From a virus (Duplodnaviria > Heunggongvirae > Uroviricota > Caudoviricetes), in the IMG/VR virus record IMGVR_UViG_3300026512_000004, positions 20,653-84,652 of that record: 64,000 nucleotides of DNA; one strand, 5' to 3'. Both the position numbers and the translations under genes were made by a program. Under the pieces are notes generated by a model. The model worked only from the letters and a program-made list of their open reading frames with translations, made no database searches and was not told the DNA's origin. This document shows positions 17,571-27,540 of this stretch, one piece after another (within the stretch, counting starts at the first letter, position 1; each line of letters starts with the position of its first letter).

Positions 17571-18876
17571 TGATATCATCTTGATAGAAACATCTGAGTA
17601 CTATTATTTACCAAGACTTCTTTACAAGAAATATCCAGAAGTAGAATTAATTTGTAACAAACAGTTTACACCCAGAAGAATAGAAGTTGAGTTTAAAGGA
17701 CAATTACGTCCTGAACAAACTAATATTATCAGTCAGATTCTAGAACATTGGAAAACTAGTGATACACCAGGTGGTATCATAGAGGCGCCTCCTGGTACTG
17801 GTAAGACGGTTCTAGGTGTTTATCTAACGTGCATAACTAAATTGGCGACAATGGTTATTGTAGATAATCGTAAAATTGCAGATCAGTGGATTAATGAATA
17901 TCTTAAATTCAGTAATGTAAGTGAAAAAGATATTGACATTGTCAAACGCAAAGAACCAACACCAGGCAAAAAAGTGTATATAGCTTATGTGCAGACGCTG
18001 TTATCACGTATGAAAAAAGACATACGTAATATACGTGAATCAGTTAAACGTTGTGGTATTGGTTTAGTTCTCTACGACGAAGTTCATAGAATTGCTACCG
18101 GACAAAGATATGCTAAAGTGTCGGTCCTTTTTGACACGCCTTTGTTAATTGGCTTATCTGCCACTCCTTTCAGTCATGGTGTTCATGAATTTCTAATGTA
18201 CAATACTATAGGACCTGTGATAGCTAGTGGTGGTGAAATGATGCCTTGTCTTTTGAGACGTATTTTCTATAACTCTGGGTTATCTCAGTACGCTTCATCT
18301 ATACTGTCTATGGGTGACGAAACAAGAAGAAAAGCAAAGTATAACTCATTGATAACTCATTCTGATACGTGTAAACTCGTTATACGAGATCAGGTGGAAA
18401 AGCTCCTGAAAGAAGGTCGACAAGTTTTCGTAGTGGTTTTGACGGTTGACCATGCTGAAAGTTTAGCATCTTTTCTGCGTTCGAGTTTAGGAGTTCGTAC
18501 TGCTGCTTTACACCGTAAAAATCCAAATGTAACAGTTGATGACAAAGTAATAGTCAGCACTTACAAAATGGGATCACATGGGTTCAATATGCCAACATTA
18601 TCTGCAGCAATAATACCAATACTACTGGCAGGTAAAGTTAGTCTGAAACAAAGTATTGGTCGTATTGTTAGAAGATTACCTGGTAAACAGCAGCCTATTG
18701 TTGTTGATTTAGAAGATATGGATTTTCAGAATGTATTTAGGAAGCAGTTGATAGCAAAGAAAAATGTGTTGAAAACGTATTTACCTATCAAAAAATATGA
18801 GTTTTTAAAGGCGATTGTTGATGTCCAGAAACAAAAAGTGTGGTACACGAACATTAACACTTCCAACAGTTTTTGA
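17482..18876 (+). CDS. SF2 DNA/RNA helicase (DExH-box)
   Basis: Motif I APPGTGKT, motif II LYDEVH, motif III SAT; C-terminal RecA-like domain. Confidence 0.7.
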   Translation: MEKYYMWTRIAKKDLDKLLIRHPRLEKLINDIILIETSEYYYLPRLLYKKYPEVELICNKQFTPRRIEVEFKGQLRPEQTNIISQILEHWKTSDTPGGIIEAPPGTGKTVLGVYLTCITKLATMVIVDNRKIADQWINEYLKFSNVSEKDIDIVKRKEPTPGKKVYIAYVQTLLSRMKKDIRNIRESVKRCGIGLVLYDEVHRIATGQRYAKVSVLFDTPLLIGLSATPFSHGVHEFLMYNTIGPVIASGGEMMPCLLRRIFYNSGLSQYASSILSMGDETRRKAKYNSLITHSDTCKLVIRDQVEKLLKEGRQVFVVVLTVDHAESLASFLRSSLGVRTAALHRKNPNVTVDDKVIVSTYKMGSHGFNMPTLSAAIIPILLAGKVSLKQSIGRIVRRLPGKQQPIVVDLEDMDFQNVFRKQLIAKKNVLKTYLPIKKYEFLKAIVDVQKQKVWYTNINTSNSF

Positions 18877-19372
18877 GCAGATAAAAGTCATCAATCCTTT
18901 GTTTGCTAGTATGTGTACTTTGACCAGTTTAAAACAAGTTTTTGAACGTGAGATAGAACGTGCACAAGCTACGGAGTATGAACCATGGACAGAATATTTA
19001 GATAAAAGTAAAATAGATATAGTGGACCCATTAAAGATAAACATGTATCGTATTCTTCCACACGATGTTTATTATCTTTCTCGCAAGGTATTGTGCAGTA
19101 CTAATATGATATTCGTAGCATATAACAGCCACAAAGAATTAAGTCTAGTAATAACAACACCATCTATGAGTAAAACACGCGGACTAATCTATGACAGTAT
19201 AAAATCACGAGTTGGTTTAGTTGATTTAATTGATGAAGTAGTACTTTGGCACGAACTACAATACGCAGGGTTAGCCACTTTTTACCAAAATAAAACGGGT
19301 AAGTTAATTTATGTCGAAGACAAAATCAGGGAACTTACAGACGAATTTATCTTCGACAAAATTAACAGCTGA
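18815..19372 (+). CDS. hypothetical protein
   Basis: 185-aa ORF; start uncertain (overlap with helicase). Confidence 0.35.
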   Translation: MLMSRNKKCGTRTLTLPTVFEQIKVINPLFASMCTLTSLKQVFEREIERAQATEYEPWTEYLDKSKIDIVDPLKINMYRILPHDVYYLSRKVLCSTNMIFVAYNSHKELSLVITTPSMSKTRGLIYDSIKSRVGLVDLIDEVVLWHELQYAGLATFYQNKTGKLIYVEDKIRELTDEFIFDKINS

Positions 19373-19877
19373 ATTGATTAAAACAGTCATTAGTAGTACC
19401 AGTTATATACATCCAAGTTGTATTGAAATTTACACGGATGACGAAGTACATATAACTCGTTTCTTTAACTGTGTTGACAAATGTATTGTTCACGAAAATT
19501 ACAGATTAGATTGGTTCGTAAAGGGCATTACTGTTGAACGTAAACCGTACGTAAAGTTACCTATTGACGAACTCAAATATGGCGCGGTAATATCTGATCG
19601 TTGGGCGATATGTTCTGATATAACACCAGTACTACATGCTACTTTGGGAAAACGTATGTTAACGTTTTATGCTGTCGATTATTACAACTATGTTCTCATT
19701 GGTCGTTATCAACGTTTTCCTCAGATAAGTTGTCAAATATTAATGCGTACTGATGTACCTCTAATGATAGTGTTATTAGGACCTTTTTATTGTCAAAGAA
19801 TTCTTAGACTTTCAGCATCAGATTTTGATGAATTTGAACGTACAATAAAAAGAAAATTTCTAGAGGTAAGTCTATGA
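19311..19877 (+). CDS. hypothetical protein
   Basis: 188-aa ORF. Confidence 0.35.
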   Translation: MSKTKSGNLQTNLSSTKLTAELIKTVISSTSYIHPSCIEIYTDDEVHITRFFNCVDKCIVHENYRLDWFVKGITVERKPYVKLPIDELKYGAVISDRWAICSDITPVLHATLGKRMLTFYAVDYYNYVLIGRYQRFPQISCQILMRTDVPLMIVLLGPFYCQRILRLSASDFDEFERTIKRKFLEVSL

Positions 19878-20281
19878 GCGAATATGTAGTATTTTGCGAC
19901 GGGTCCTGTAGAGCTAACACAGCAGGTGGTTGGGCAGCTGTAATTATGGAAAAACGTACTCATCGTAAACATGTATTATCTGGTAGTAAAAAGAACTGTA
20001 CTAACAACGAAATGGAGTACATGGCAGTTCTTGAAGCAGTTAAATGGCTGCCATTAAACAGTAAAGCTGTTATTCAAACTGATAGTCAGTTAGTAGTTAA
20101 ACAGTTAAACGGCGAATATCAGACACGACATCCTAAGCTGAAAAAGCTGAAAGATGAAATAGATAACATTGTTCAGCAGAAGAATTTACAAGTGGAATAT
20201 AAGTGGGTTGGACGTGGATATAACGAGGAAGCTAATCGTATAACACAAGCTGAAAGCGCTAAATTGCTCGCAAAGAAGTAG
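19874..20281 (+). CDS. rnhA: ribonuclease HI
   Basis: VFCDGSCRANTAGGWAAVI (DGS..GxxGxGxG), TNNEMEYMAVLEAV, TDSQLVV match the RNase HI DEDD motifs; 135 aa. Confidence 0.7.
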   Translation: MSEYVVFCDGSCRANTAGGWAAVIMEKRTHRKHVLSGSKKNCTNNEMEYMAVLEAVKWLPLNSKAVIQTDSQLVVKQLNGEYQTRHPKLKKLKDEIDNIVQQKNLQVEYKWVGRGYNEEANRITQAESAKLLAKK

Positions 20282-20313
20282 AGATATTCACTCGAAACAT
20301 GAAAGGAGGTTGC

Positions 20314-20670
20314 ATGCGTAAACTGCTTGGTTTACTGACACTGGGATTCACAATGTTCGCATTTACAGCATGTGGTGGTGATCTTTGTCACAACAAACAG
20401 GTACAAGAAAAGGCAAAAGAGACATATGCTATTTATAGCAAAGAATTATTGTCTGCACTGGGGTATGATGTTTACACGGTTGATCAGATCATAGACATGT
20501 TGGACATTACTAAAGTCGTGAAAAGCAAAAAAGTTGGTAAAAATGAACAAATTTGCACTGTCGTTATTGAAGATGTAAGTGGTAGAAAAGCGAATTATAG
20601 TTTTAGAGTTACGGATAGAAACGGTCACTATAAAATAGACATTTTGGACATTGTGCCAATTGAGAAATAA
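20314..20670 (+). CDS. lipoprotein (candidate superinfection-exclusion/surface protein)
   Basis: MRKLLGLLTLGFTMFAFTACGG signal peptide + lipobox; SD AAAGGAGGT 5 nt upstream of ATG 20314. Confidence 0.55.
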   Translation: MRKLLGLLTLGFTMFAFTACGGDLCHNKQVQEKAKETYAIYSKELLSALGYDVYTVDQIIDMLDITKVVKSKKVGKNEQICTVVIEDVSGRKANYSFRVTDRNGHYKIDILDIVPIEK

Positions 20671-20680
20671 AGTCTCTGGT

Positions 20681-20711
20681 GGGCGTCGTTTAAGACGCCC
20701 GTTCTATTTTT
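20681..20711 (+). terminator. rho-independent terminator
   Basis: GGGCGTC-GTTTAA-GACGCCC hairpin followed by GTTCTATTTTTG. Confidence 0.7.
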
Positions 20712-20714
20712 GCC

Positions 20715-21395
20715 ATGGTTATCATAGGCCTTTTCGGGAAGAAGTATCACGGTAAATCGACATTTGCAAGACAACTACAAAAATTACTTAGACACTGTGA
20801 AATCGTATCGTTCTCACGGGTACTCAAACGTATTGTAGTCGAAATCCTACAGTTTCCAATTAAAGTTCCGTACACTGGACCATTAGACGATTCACCGTTG
20901 AAAAAGTCGCAAAAGACACCACAAGTAGATTGGAATCTTGCTGAACAAAAGCTACAAGAGAAGTTACAGGAATTTAATTTAGGTACTATGGACGACCTCG
21001 ACAAAAAAGTACTGAATTACTTACGTACTCTTAAGACGGAAGGTGAATTATATCGACGTGCACTGCAATTAATTGGTACTGAGATATTTCGTAGGAGACA
21101 AAAAGATATTTGGATACACAAGTTAGACGAAATAGTGCAGAGTTTATCAGTTAACTGGGTTATCATTGACGATTGTAGATTTCTCAACGAATTAGAATAT
21201 GTTAAGTCTAGAAATGGCATAGCAGTCGGTATTGTTAGACCAAATTTCGGAGACAATGATACGCACCAATCTGAAATTGAGGTTGATAAATGTTTACCAC
21301 AGTGTGATTATGTGTATGTATGTGAGTCACTGGAAAAGTTGTATGATGCAGCAAAAGAGCTAGCGGATATACTAACACATGGAAAAGAAGATTAA
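20715..21395 (+). CDS. P-loop nucleotide/nucleoside kinase-like protein
   Basis: N-terminal IIGLFGKKYHGKSTFA Walker A; size close to T4 dNMP kinase but no specific motif. Confidence 0.4.
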   Translation: MVIIGLFGKKYHGKSTFARQLQKLLRHCEIVSFSRVLKRIVVEILQFPIKVPYTGPLDDSPLKKSQKTPQVDWNLAEQKLQEKLQEFNLGTMDDLDKKVLNYLRTLKTEGELYRRALQLIGTEIFRRRQKDIWIHKLDEIVQSLSVNWVIIDDCRFLNELEYVKSRNGIAVGIVRPNFGDNDTHQSEIEVDKCLPQCDYVYVCESLEKLYDAAKELADILTHGKED

Positions 21396-21567
21396 GTTAG
21401 AAGAACCTCTACAGATAATCGATGTACTGAAACAATGTATTTGTGAACTTACAAATAGTATTAAACAAATACAAGAGATGTGTACTATGTTATCCGATAA
21501 AGTGAGTAAGCTTGAAACTCGTGTAAAAAGGTTAGAAAAAAGCAAGAAGAAAAATGGCAAAAATTAA
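21379..21567 (+). CDS. small coiled-coil protein
   Basis: 62 aa, heptad-like K/E-rich; may be spurious. Confidence 0.25.
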   Translation: MEKKIKLEEPLQIIDVLKQCICELTNSIKQIQEMCTMLSDKVSKLETRVKRLEKSKKKNGKN

Positions 21568-22336
21568 CGTCGTTCTATCAGGTAGTGGTGCTAATTTTAC
21601 GGTACACATCGGCGCCTTATACGCATTAACTAAAGAATTAGCATTCGATATAAATTCTATTACGTGTGTATCTGGTGGCGCGTTAATTGGTGGATTAGTT
21701 GCGGCCGGAATTTCATTGGAAGATTTGCTAGACGCAGTATTGCGTGTAGACTTACGGGAATTAATACAACCTGTGCCCTGGTGGAAACGTTTATTTGTTA
21801 AACACTTCTATGAGACGAACAAAGTTGCCGAGTACTTAAAATACTTAACAGGTAACTGTTCAATTAAAGAGTGTAAATACGATATAGCTATTGTAACCAC
21901 TGATTACATGAAATGTGATAGGAAAATCTTTACGAAAAACGATGATATAGAATTGTGGCGTGCTATACTTGCGTCTATGTCAGTGCCTATACTATTTCCA
22001 CCGGTAAAATGGCAGGGATATATTCTAAGAGACGGTGCAGTTGTAAACAATATGCCTATTGACATTGCTACTGAATTATTCGGAGAACCTGTTATTGGTA
22101 TAAAAGTAGTACCGCCGAAAACATACATAAAACCTGGTAGTTGGAAGTTTGAACTGATAAGTCTTATTGATAGTTTTATGACGGCTTTAGACAGAGAACA
22201 TATGGAGGAAAACGCGGACAAAGTAGTGTTCGTTAAGTGCGGTTGGCAAAGTTTTAACTTCGATATACCTATTGAAGTTAGAAGAGCACAGTTTGAGGCA
22301 GGTAGACAAGCTGTACTGCGCTACTATAATAAGTAA
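21554..22336 (+). CDS. patatin-like phospholipase
   Basis: VVLSGSGANFTVHIGALYA (oxyanion Gly-rich), GxSxG serine motif CVSGGAL, conserved D in DGAVVNN (catalytic dyad). Confidence 0.65.
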   Translation: MAKINVVLSGSGANFTVHIGALYALTKELAFDINSITCVSGGALIGGLVAAGISLEDLLDAVLRVDLRELIQPVPWWKRLFVKHFYETNKVAEYLKYLTGNCSIKECKYDIAIVTTDYMKCDRKIFTKNDDIELWRAILASMSVPILFPPVKWQGYILRDGAVVNNMPIDIATELFGEPVIGIKVVPPKTYIKPGSWKFELISLIDSFMTALDREHMEENADKVVFVKCGWQSFNFDIPIEVRRAQFEAGRQAVLRYYNK

Positions 22337-22826
22337 AAAGCAAGCTTCGGGTTGGGTTGTGTTGGAAACTGTGTTTGGTCGCAATAACTTCGAAAGATTT
22401 ACAATGACATACGCAACGTACAAATGGTTACACGGTGAACCTGAAGAACGTGCGTTTTTGATAGGTTTGGCGGCTGCTACAATGTTAGCTGCGCTGAAGG
22501 GTCGTACTGGTAGAAGGGCGAATAAGAAACAGAAAGTCAGTAGTACTGTAGCACTAACAAATAGTAATTGTAGGTTAATTGATGATTTCTGTGTGGGTAT
22601 TTATGAATGCGAAGATAAAATTGGTTGGGGTCATAACCCGTTTCACCCTGTTAAGCCAAATCATCTACTCTACGAACAATGGTTAAGATGGCGTGATAAC
22701 CTTGCAGTGTACTTGCGTAAAACCGGATTAGGACCTTATGAGTTTTACAAGATATATTTGAGAACTTGGCCGTCTAAACCGGTCACTTGGGAAGAGATTG
22801 AAAGTAGATTGATTCACATTGTATAA
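22272..22826 (+). CDS. hypothetical protein
   Basis: 184 aa; real start possibly at internal Met (22401). Confidence 0.35.
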   Translation: MKLEEHSLRQVDKLYCATIISKKQASGWVVLETVFGRNNFERFTMTYATYKWLHGEPEERAFLIGLAAATMLAALKGRTGRRANKKQKVSSTVALTNSNCRLIDDFCVGIYECEDKIGWGHNPFHPVKPNHLLYEQWLRWRDNLAVYLRKTGLGPYEFYKIYLRTWPSKPVTWEEIESRLIHIV

Positions 22827-22839
22827 GAAAAGGTAAGTC

Positions 22840-22878
22840 CAGACGGGGTTTTGCGGAGCCCCGTCTGTTTTTCTTTTG
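22840..22878 (+). terminator. rho-independent terminator
   Basis: CAGACGGGG-TTTTGCGGAG-CCCCGTCTG followed by TTTTTCTTTTG. Confidence 0.7.
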
Positions 22879-22907
22879 CAGTCCAAAAGTTCAATAGATA
22901 TTAACAA

Positions 22908-23777
22908 TTGGTCATGAACATACCAGCAGACTTTTACACACGAGTCGAAGATCCACGCTTTCTACATTATGTTCTATACGGTGATACTGACAGTTTGTTT
23001 TTGCATGTACCTTTTGTACACTACGAAACGACTAAAGAAGCAATTGAGAAAGCACAAAAAATCGCAAAGCAAATTAACGACAGAATCCAAGCGTACTTAA
23101 ATGTTGAAATGCTACCTAAAATGGGTGTCGACCCTAAATATAATTTTACTGACTTTAAAACAGAGCTAGTAATTAAGTCGTTAATGCTTCTCGAGGTCAA
23201 GAAAAATTATGCATTGAAAATAATTGCTGAAAAAGACGAGGTATTTTCTAGTCCAAAGATTAAGTACACGGGATTACCTATTGTTAAAGCAGATGTTGCT
23301 GCCTTAGCTAAACAATTCTTAAAAGAACTTGTAGACAACATTGTCTTAAATGAAGAAATCCCTCTGGAACAGAAACTGGATCATTGTGAACGTATACGTG
23401 AAGTGTATAAAAAACGTACAAAAGAAGCGTGCGATAACTTCCAAATACACCTAATAGGCAAACCTGCTAAGATGTCTAATACGGAAAGTAATGCTCATCA
23501 CATACAGGCAATGAAACGTTGGAACACGTGGTGGAGTAATGACTTCAAGTTAGGTACATCTGGTTATTTAGTGTACACAGATAGAGGTGAACTTGCGGTA
23601 CCATTTTGGTATGACGAACACATGGTCAAGAGAGCATTTGAAAAAATGCAACTGAAACTCGATATTAATGCTATTTGGAACAAATTTATCTACATCACGA
23701 TTACACAACGTATTATCAAACTATGTGCAAAATATTGCCAAGATCCGCTAAAACGTGTAAACTATGACGTACAATGA
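22908..23777 (+). CDS. family-B DNA polymerase, C-terminal fragment (palm motif C + thumb)
   Basis: YGDTDSLFL (motif C) 24 aa from N-terminus, KKNYALK (KKRY motif), GLPIVKAD; begins right after a terminator; TTG 22908 or ATG 22914. Confidence 0.8.
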   Translation: MVMNIPADFYTRVEDPRFLHYVLYGDTDSLFLHVPFVHYETTKEAIEKAQKIAKQINDRIQAYLNVEMLPKMGVDPKYNFTDFKTELVIKSLMLLEVKKNYALKIIAEKDEVFSSPKIKYTGLPIVKADVAALAKQFLKELVDNIVLNEEIPLEQKLDHCERIREVYKKRTKEACDNFQIHLIGKPAKMSNTESNAHHIQAMKRWNTWWSNDFKLGTSGYLVYTDRGELAVPFWYDEHMVKRAFEKMQLKLDINAIWNKFIYITITQRIIKLCAKYCQDPLKRVNYDVQ

Positions 23778-25707
23778 GTTAATACGTGAGATACGTGAAG
23801 GTCGATTAAACTACTACAATATCTACAACGCAATTTCAACACACACTTACTTAACCACAAAGTACTATAACGAATTCACACATGATACAATCGATAAACC
23901 ACAAAAAGTATCTGTTTTGTATTTAGATATTGAGGTTTATATACCAAGTAAAAACAGAAGCCCTGATCCGCAAAAAGATCCTATTTGTGCTTTCTCTATT
24001 GTCTACGAAAGAAACGCCTATCTTTTTGGATTAATACCACCTGGTAAAGCACGTGAAGAATTACCTAGTAAAGAAGAGTTGGAAGAGTTAGTCGCAAGAC
24101 ATGTTGGTAAAAAGTATAGTATAGAGGTAAGATACTACGATAATGACGCAGATTTACTAAAAGGTGTTTGGCGAAAGATACGTGAATTAGACCCCTGTTT
24201 GTTGAGTGGATGGAACATAGACGGATTTGACATACCTTATATTATTGAAAGGATGCAAGTGTTATTACCAAATGAATGGCAGCGGGTAATTTCACGTTTT
24301 GGACGTGTCACTAAAGAACAGGGATATTGGCAGATTCCAGAATATTCACGATATGACTTATATTACTTCTACAAGCCTAGAGATGAAGGTGGTATGAATT
24401 ATGGATCAAAAGAACCGAGTTACACTTTAGATTTCATTGCTAGTAAACTGCTTAATGTTACTAAAGTTCACCATGAAACTGACTTACATACAATGTTTGA
24501 AGAGAAGACACGCGAGTTATTTGTCTATAACGTAGTGGATACTATCCTCTGCCAAATGTTAGATGAAAAGCTCAAATTTTGGGATTTGCACAATACAGTA
24601 AGACGTAAAATGGGTGTAGGATTTTCGGCATCATTACGTGGTTGGTCTGTTATGTATGAGGCTTATGTGATTAAAACATTGAAAGACAAGAAAATTAGAT
24701 TTGGTTATCTGGAAGAACTAGATTTTGAAGTCGACCAGTATAGTAAACAAGATGTGAGAAAAGTAACGCGTCGATATATGGGTGCTTACGTCAAAGAACC
24801 TCGTGAGGGTATTTATATTGATGGATTATTGATGGATTTAGATGCTTCACGTCTATATCCGTCTATGATTATGCAGTTTAACATATCGTTTGATACTTTG
24901 TACGGCATAATTATAGATCCTGTATGTTATAACGCAATGACTTCTCTAAGTCAAATGATGAACTCTACTGGTGAAAGAAGACAACAAATTGCTGCGAAAA
25001 TTAAACTAGCTATTGAGAAGACATTTGAACAGATTTTCGGAACCACTTCAAAAGGCAAAACCTCTTACCGTAAGGAAGATCGTGCTTTTCTGACAGTTAT
25101 TTCTGCTATTGTGGATAGACTCTGTGAGAGTGGATTATCGTTTCAAGAAATATGCACACCTACAACACCAAAAGGTTATGTGTATTTGAGGCGATACTTT
25201 ATACCACTTTTAGATATGATTAAGTATGTAAAATATAGTACTCTTGAGTATAATACATTCGCATACGATTACGTATTCGATGAACCTAAGGTGAACAGCG
25301 TATACGTTCTTATTAACTGTGATAGTAAACCGCTAAAAATAGACAAATGGAGCGTCGAATATCTGAAGAAAAGGTTGGACGAAGACTTAGTTTTAACATG
25401 TACTGGTTGTTTGTTTTATAAACATGACGTTAAACGCGGATTGTTCTTCGAGTTCTTACAAGAATTGGGGAAAATGCGTAAAGATTTCGAAAGGAAAGCA
25501 TTACAAGTCGACGACGAAGAACTTAAAAACATATACAGAAGAAATGCAAAAACGTGTAAGGTTATTATGAACACGTGTTACGGGTTGTACGGACTACCAA
25601 CGTTTACATTTTCTAATCAGTGGTTAGCGTCTACAATTACATTACAAGGTAGAATAAGTGTTAAATTAGCACAGTTAATTGCGGATCAAGTTATCAGTGA
25701 ACTATGA
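23764..25707 (+). CDS. family-B DNA polymerase, N-terminal fragment (3'-5' exonuclease + palm motifs A/B)
   Basis: Exo I VLYLDIEV, Exo II SGWNIDGFDIPYI, Exo III YNVVDT; motif A DLDASRLYPSMIM; motif B KVIMNTCYGLYG...TITLQGR; ORF ends about 20 aa after motif B; overlaps upstream ORF by 14 nt. Confidence 0.85.
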   Translation: MTYNELIREIREGRLNYYNIYNAISTHTYLTTKYYNEFTHDTIDKPQKVSVLYLDIEVYIPSKNRSPDPQKDPICAFSIVYERNAYLFGLIPPGKAREELPSKEELEELVARHVGKKYSIEVRYYDNDADLLKGVWRKIRELDPCLLSGWNIDGFDIPYIIERMQVLLPNEWQRVISRFGRVTKEQGYWQIPEYSRYDLYYFYKPRDEGGMNYGSKEPSYTLDFIASKLLNVTKVHHETDLHTMFEEKTRELFVYNVVDTILCQMLDEKLKFWDLHNTVRRKMGVGFSASLRGWSVMYEAYVIKTLKDKKIRFGYLEELDFEVDQYSKQDVRKVTRRYMGAYVKEPREGIYIDGLLMDLDASRLYPSMIMQFNISFDTLYGIIIDPVCYNAMTSLSQMMNSTGERRQQIAAKIKLAIEKTFEQIFGTTSKGKTSYRKEDRAFLTVISAIVDRLCESGLSFQEICTPTTPKGYVYLRRYFIPLLDMIKYVKYSTLEYNTFAYDYVFDEPKVNSVYVLINCDSKPLKIDKWSVEYLKKRLDEDLVLTCTGCLFYKHDVKRGLFFEFLQELGKMRKDFERKALQVDDEELKNIYRRNAKTCKVIMNTCYGLYGLPTFTFSNQWLASTITLQGRISVKLAQLIADQVISEL

Positions 25708-26723
25708 GCATGGAACATTCAACGATTAATACACGACCAAATGATATAATAACTTGTTCTCAAGAATCGTGTGTAGACTTTTTGTACGCTTCATATGTTC
25801 ACAGATACGGATTATCTTGTGCGTACGATTATGCTATATACAAGTTGAAAGTAGATGAGTTCTTACGCGGTTTAGGTAGTTGTGTAAAAATGATATACGT
25901 GGGTTTCAAATACGGTTTTGGTATTGTTGATGTACATAATGTTGTATTTGGCGTAGTATGGTCATCTCGTGGTATTTCTTTATATGCTCAATCATCTGCC
26001 GAGGTTAATCGCGTCCTAGAAATACTACACCCTTATTTGGAGACAGTTCGTGATAATGTCGTTGTATTTAAAGTCTGGTCTTATGCGCAGGGATTATCTT
26101 ATGAACACATAGACGTTACAACTGATGAATTACTTATGAATATAGATGTAAATTTGTTTAAATATGCTGGGGCGGATGTAGATGACTTACTGAATTTCTT
26201 CAAGTCCAGGGAATCACTGTTATTAATAACAGGCATACCTGGTACGGGTAAAAGCAAACTTTGTGCAGCACTGATTGCGTTAGCGAGACAACAAGGATTA
26301 ATTGGTGATTATATAGAATTTGTCAAAGGACGCGAAGTTATTAAAGCCTTATTGTCGCATCCGGACAACTTCTTGAAGCCAAAAATTTGGTTGTTCGACG
26401 ATCTAGACGTAATTAGTGGTGAATTTAGTAGGGATACTTCAGATGAACTTGCACAGGACTTCATATCCATGCTGTTGACAATGAGTGACGGTGTCATACC
26501 CCAAAAATCTAAATTTATCGTAACAACAAATATACCGTTGAAAGCAATTGATGAAGCATTGTTACGACCTGGTCGTTTGTACGAATCCGTCGAGTTGAAA
26601 AAGTTCAATGCGAGAAATGCTGGGTTAGATATTGATAAAGAAGTTACTTTGGCAGAATTTATGGCATTACGCGAAAAACAACGTATTGATAGACATCGTC
26701 CAACTAGGAAGATTGGATTTTAG
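25704..26723 (+). CDS. P-loop ATPase (DnaC/IstB-like AAA+ candidate)
   Basis: LLITGIPGTGKSKLCAALIALA Walker A; IWLFDDLDVISG Walker B (DDLG-like); 170-aa N-terminal extension. Confidence 0.45.
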   Translation: MSMEHSTINTRPNDIITCSQESCVDFLYASYVHRYGLSCAYDYAIYKLKVDEFLRGLGSCVKMIYVGFKYGFGIVDVHNVVFGVVWSSRGISLYAQSSAEVNRVLEILHPYLETVRDNVVVFKVWSYAQGLSYEHIDVTTDELLMNIDVNLFKYAGADVDDLLNFFKSRESLLLITGIPGTGKSKLCAALIALARQQGLIGDYIEFVKGREVIKALLSHPDNFLKPKIWLFDDLDVISGEFSRDTSDELAQDFISMLLTMSDGVIPQKSKFIVTTNIPLKAIDEALLRPGRLYESVELKKFNARNAGLDIDKEVTLAEFMALREKQRIDRHRPTRKIGF

Positions 26724-26787
26724 CTCTTAATCATTAAGGTAATAGCACACAGTATCACTTAAAAGACTCTTCTAAGGAGGTTGTAAT

Positions 26788-27540
26788 ATGGAGAAAGTAC
26801 GTTGCGGAAAATGTGGTAGATATGTTCCTAAGAGTTCTTGTCTTCCGTATCGGACTAAAAGAGGCAAATATGCAGGCAGACCTAGTTGGATCTGTTTTGA
26901 GTGTTACATTACATGCGAAGATGATATAGAACTTCTGACACCAGATTGGAATAAGATACAAAATAAGATACAAGAACTTATAGATATTTTACATGAAGAA
27001 TTAGGTTGGTTTAATAGTGAAGAATTAAAAAATACCGCTAGAAGAATTGCTAATTTCTACAAAGAATGGGCAAGTAATCAATCGTTTAAGTTTACCACGT
27101 TTGAACGTGATTTAGTTGAAAGTAAATTAGACCAGCTAATAGTATATCGGGATATCAAGTTCTTTAGTATGTGTAGTCATCATATGTTGCCATTCTATGG
27201 TGTTTGTCATGTTGCTTACTTACCCCGTGACGAAGTTGCTGGAGCATCTAAAATTGCCAGAATGGTAGTTGCTAAAGCCAGTAAACCACAAATACAGGAA
27301 AAACTGACAGATGAGATTTGTAGAGAATTGTTCGATACACTTAAAGCTAAGTTCGTTATGGTAGTAATGGAGGCGACACATTTATGTATGGTTTGTAGAG
27401 GGATAAAACAGTATGGCAGTAAGATGGTAACATCTTCTATTAGATACGATAAAGAAGCACAGGAGTCAGGTGAGATAGATTGGAAAACCTTGAAAGAGGA
27501 AAGTTTAATTTTGTTCAGGGGATTGAGACAAGACTTTTAA
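26788..27540 (+). CDS. folE: GTP cyclohydrolase I (FolE) with N-terminal Cys4 zinc-ribbon extension
   Basis: FFSMCSHHMLPFYGVCHVAYLPRDEVAGASKIARMV...QIQEKLTDEI matches FolE CEHHLVPF...GLSKLARIV...QVQERLT; N-terminal CGKCGR...CFEC. Confidence 0.8.
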   Translation: MEKVRCGKCGRYVPKSSCLPYRTKRGKYAGRPSWICFECYITCEDDIELLTPDWNKIQNKIQELIDILHEELGWFNSEELKNTARRIANFYKEWASNQSFKFTTFERDLVESKLDQLIVYRDIKFFSMCSHHMLPFYGVCHVAYLPRDEVAGASKIARMVVAKASKPQIQEKLTDEICRELFDTLKAKFVMVVMEATHLCMVCRGIKQYGSKMVTSSIRYDKEAQESGEIDWKTLKEESLILFRGLRQDF

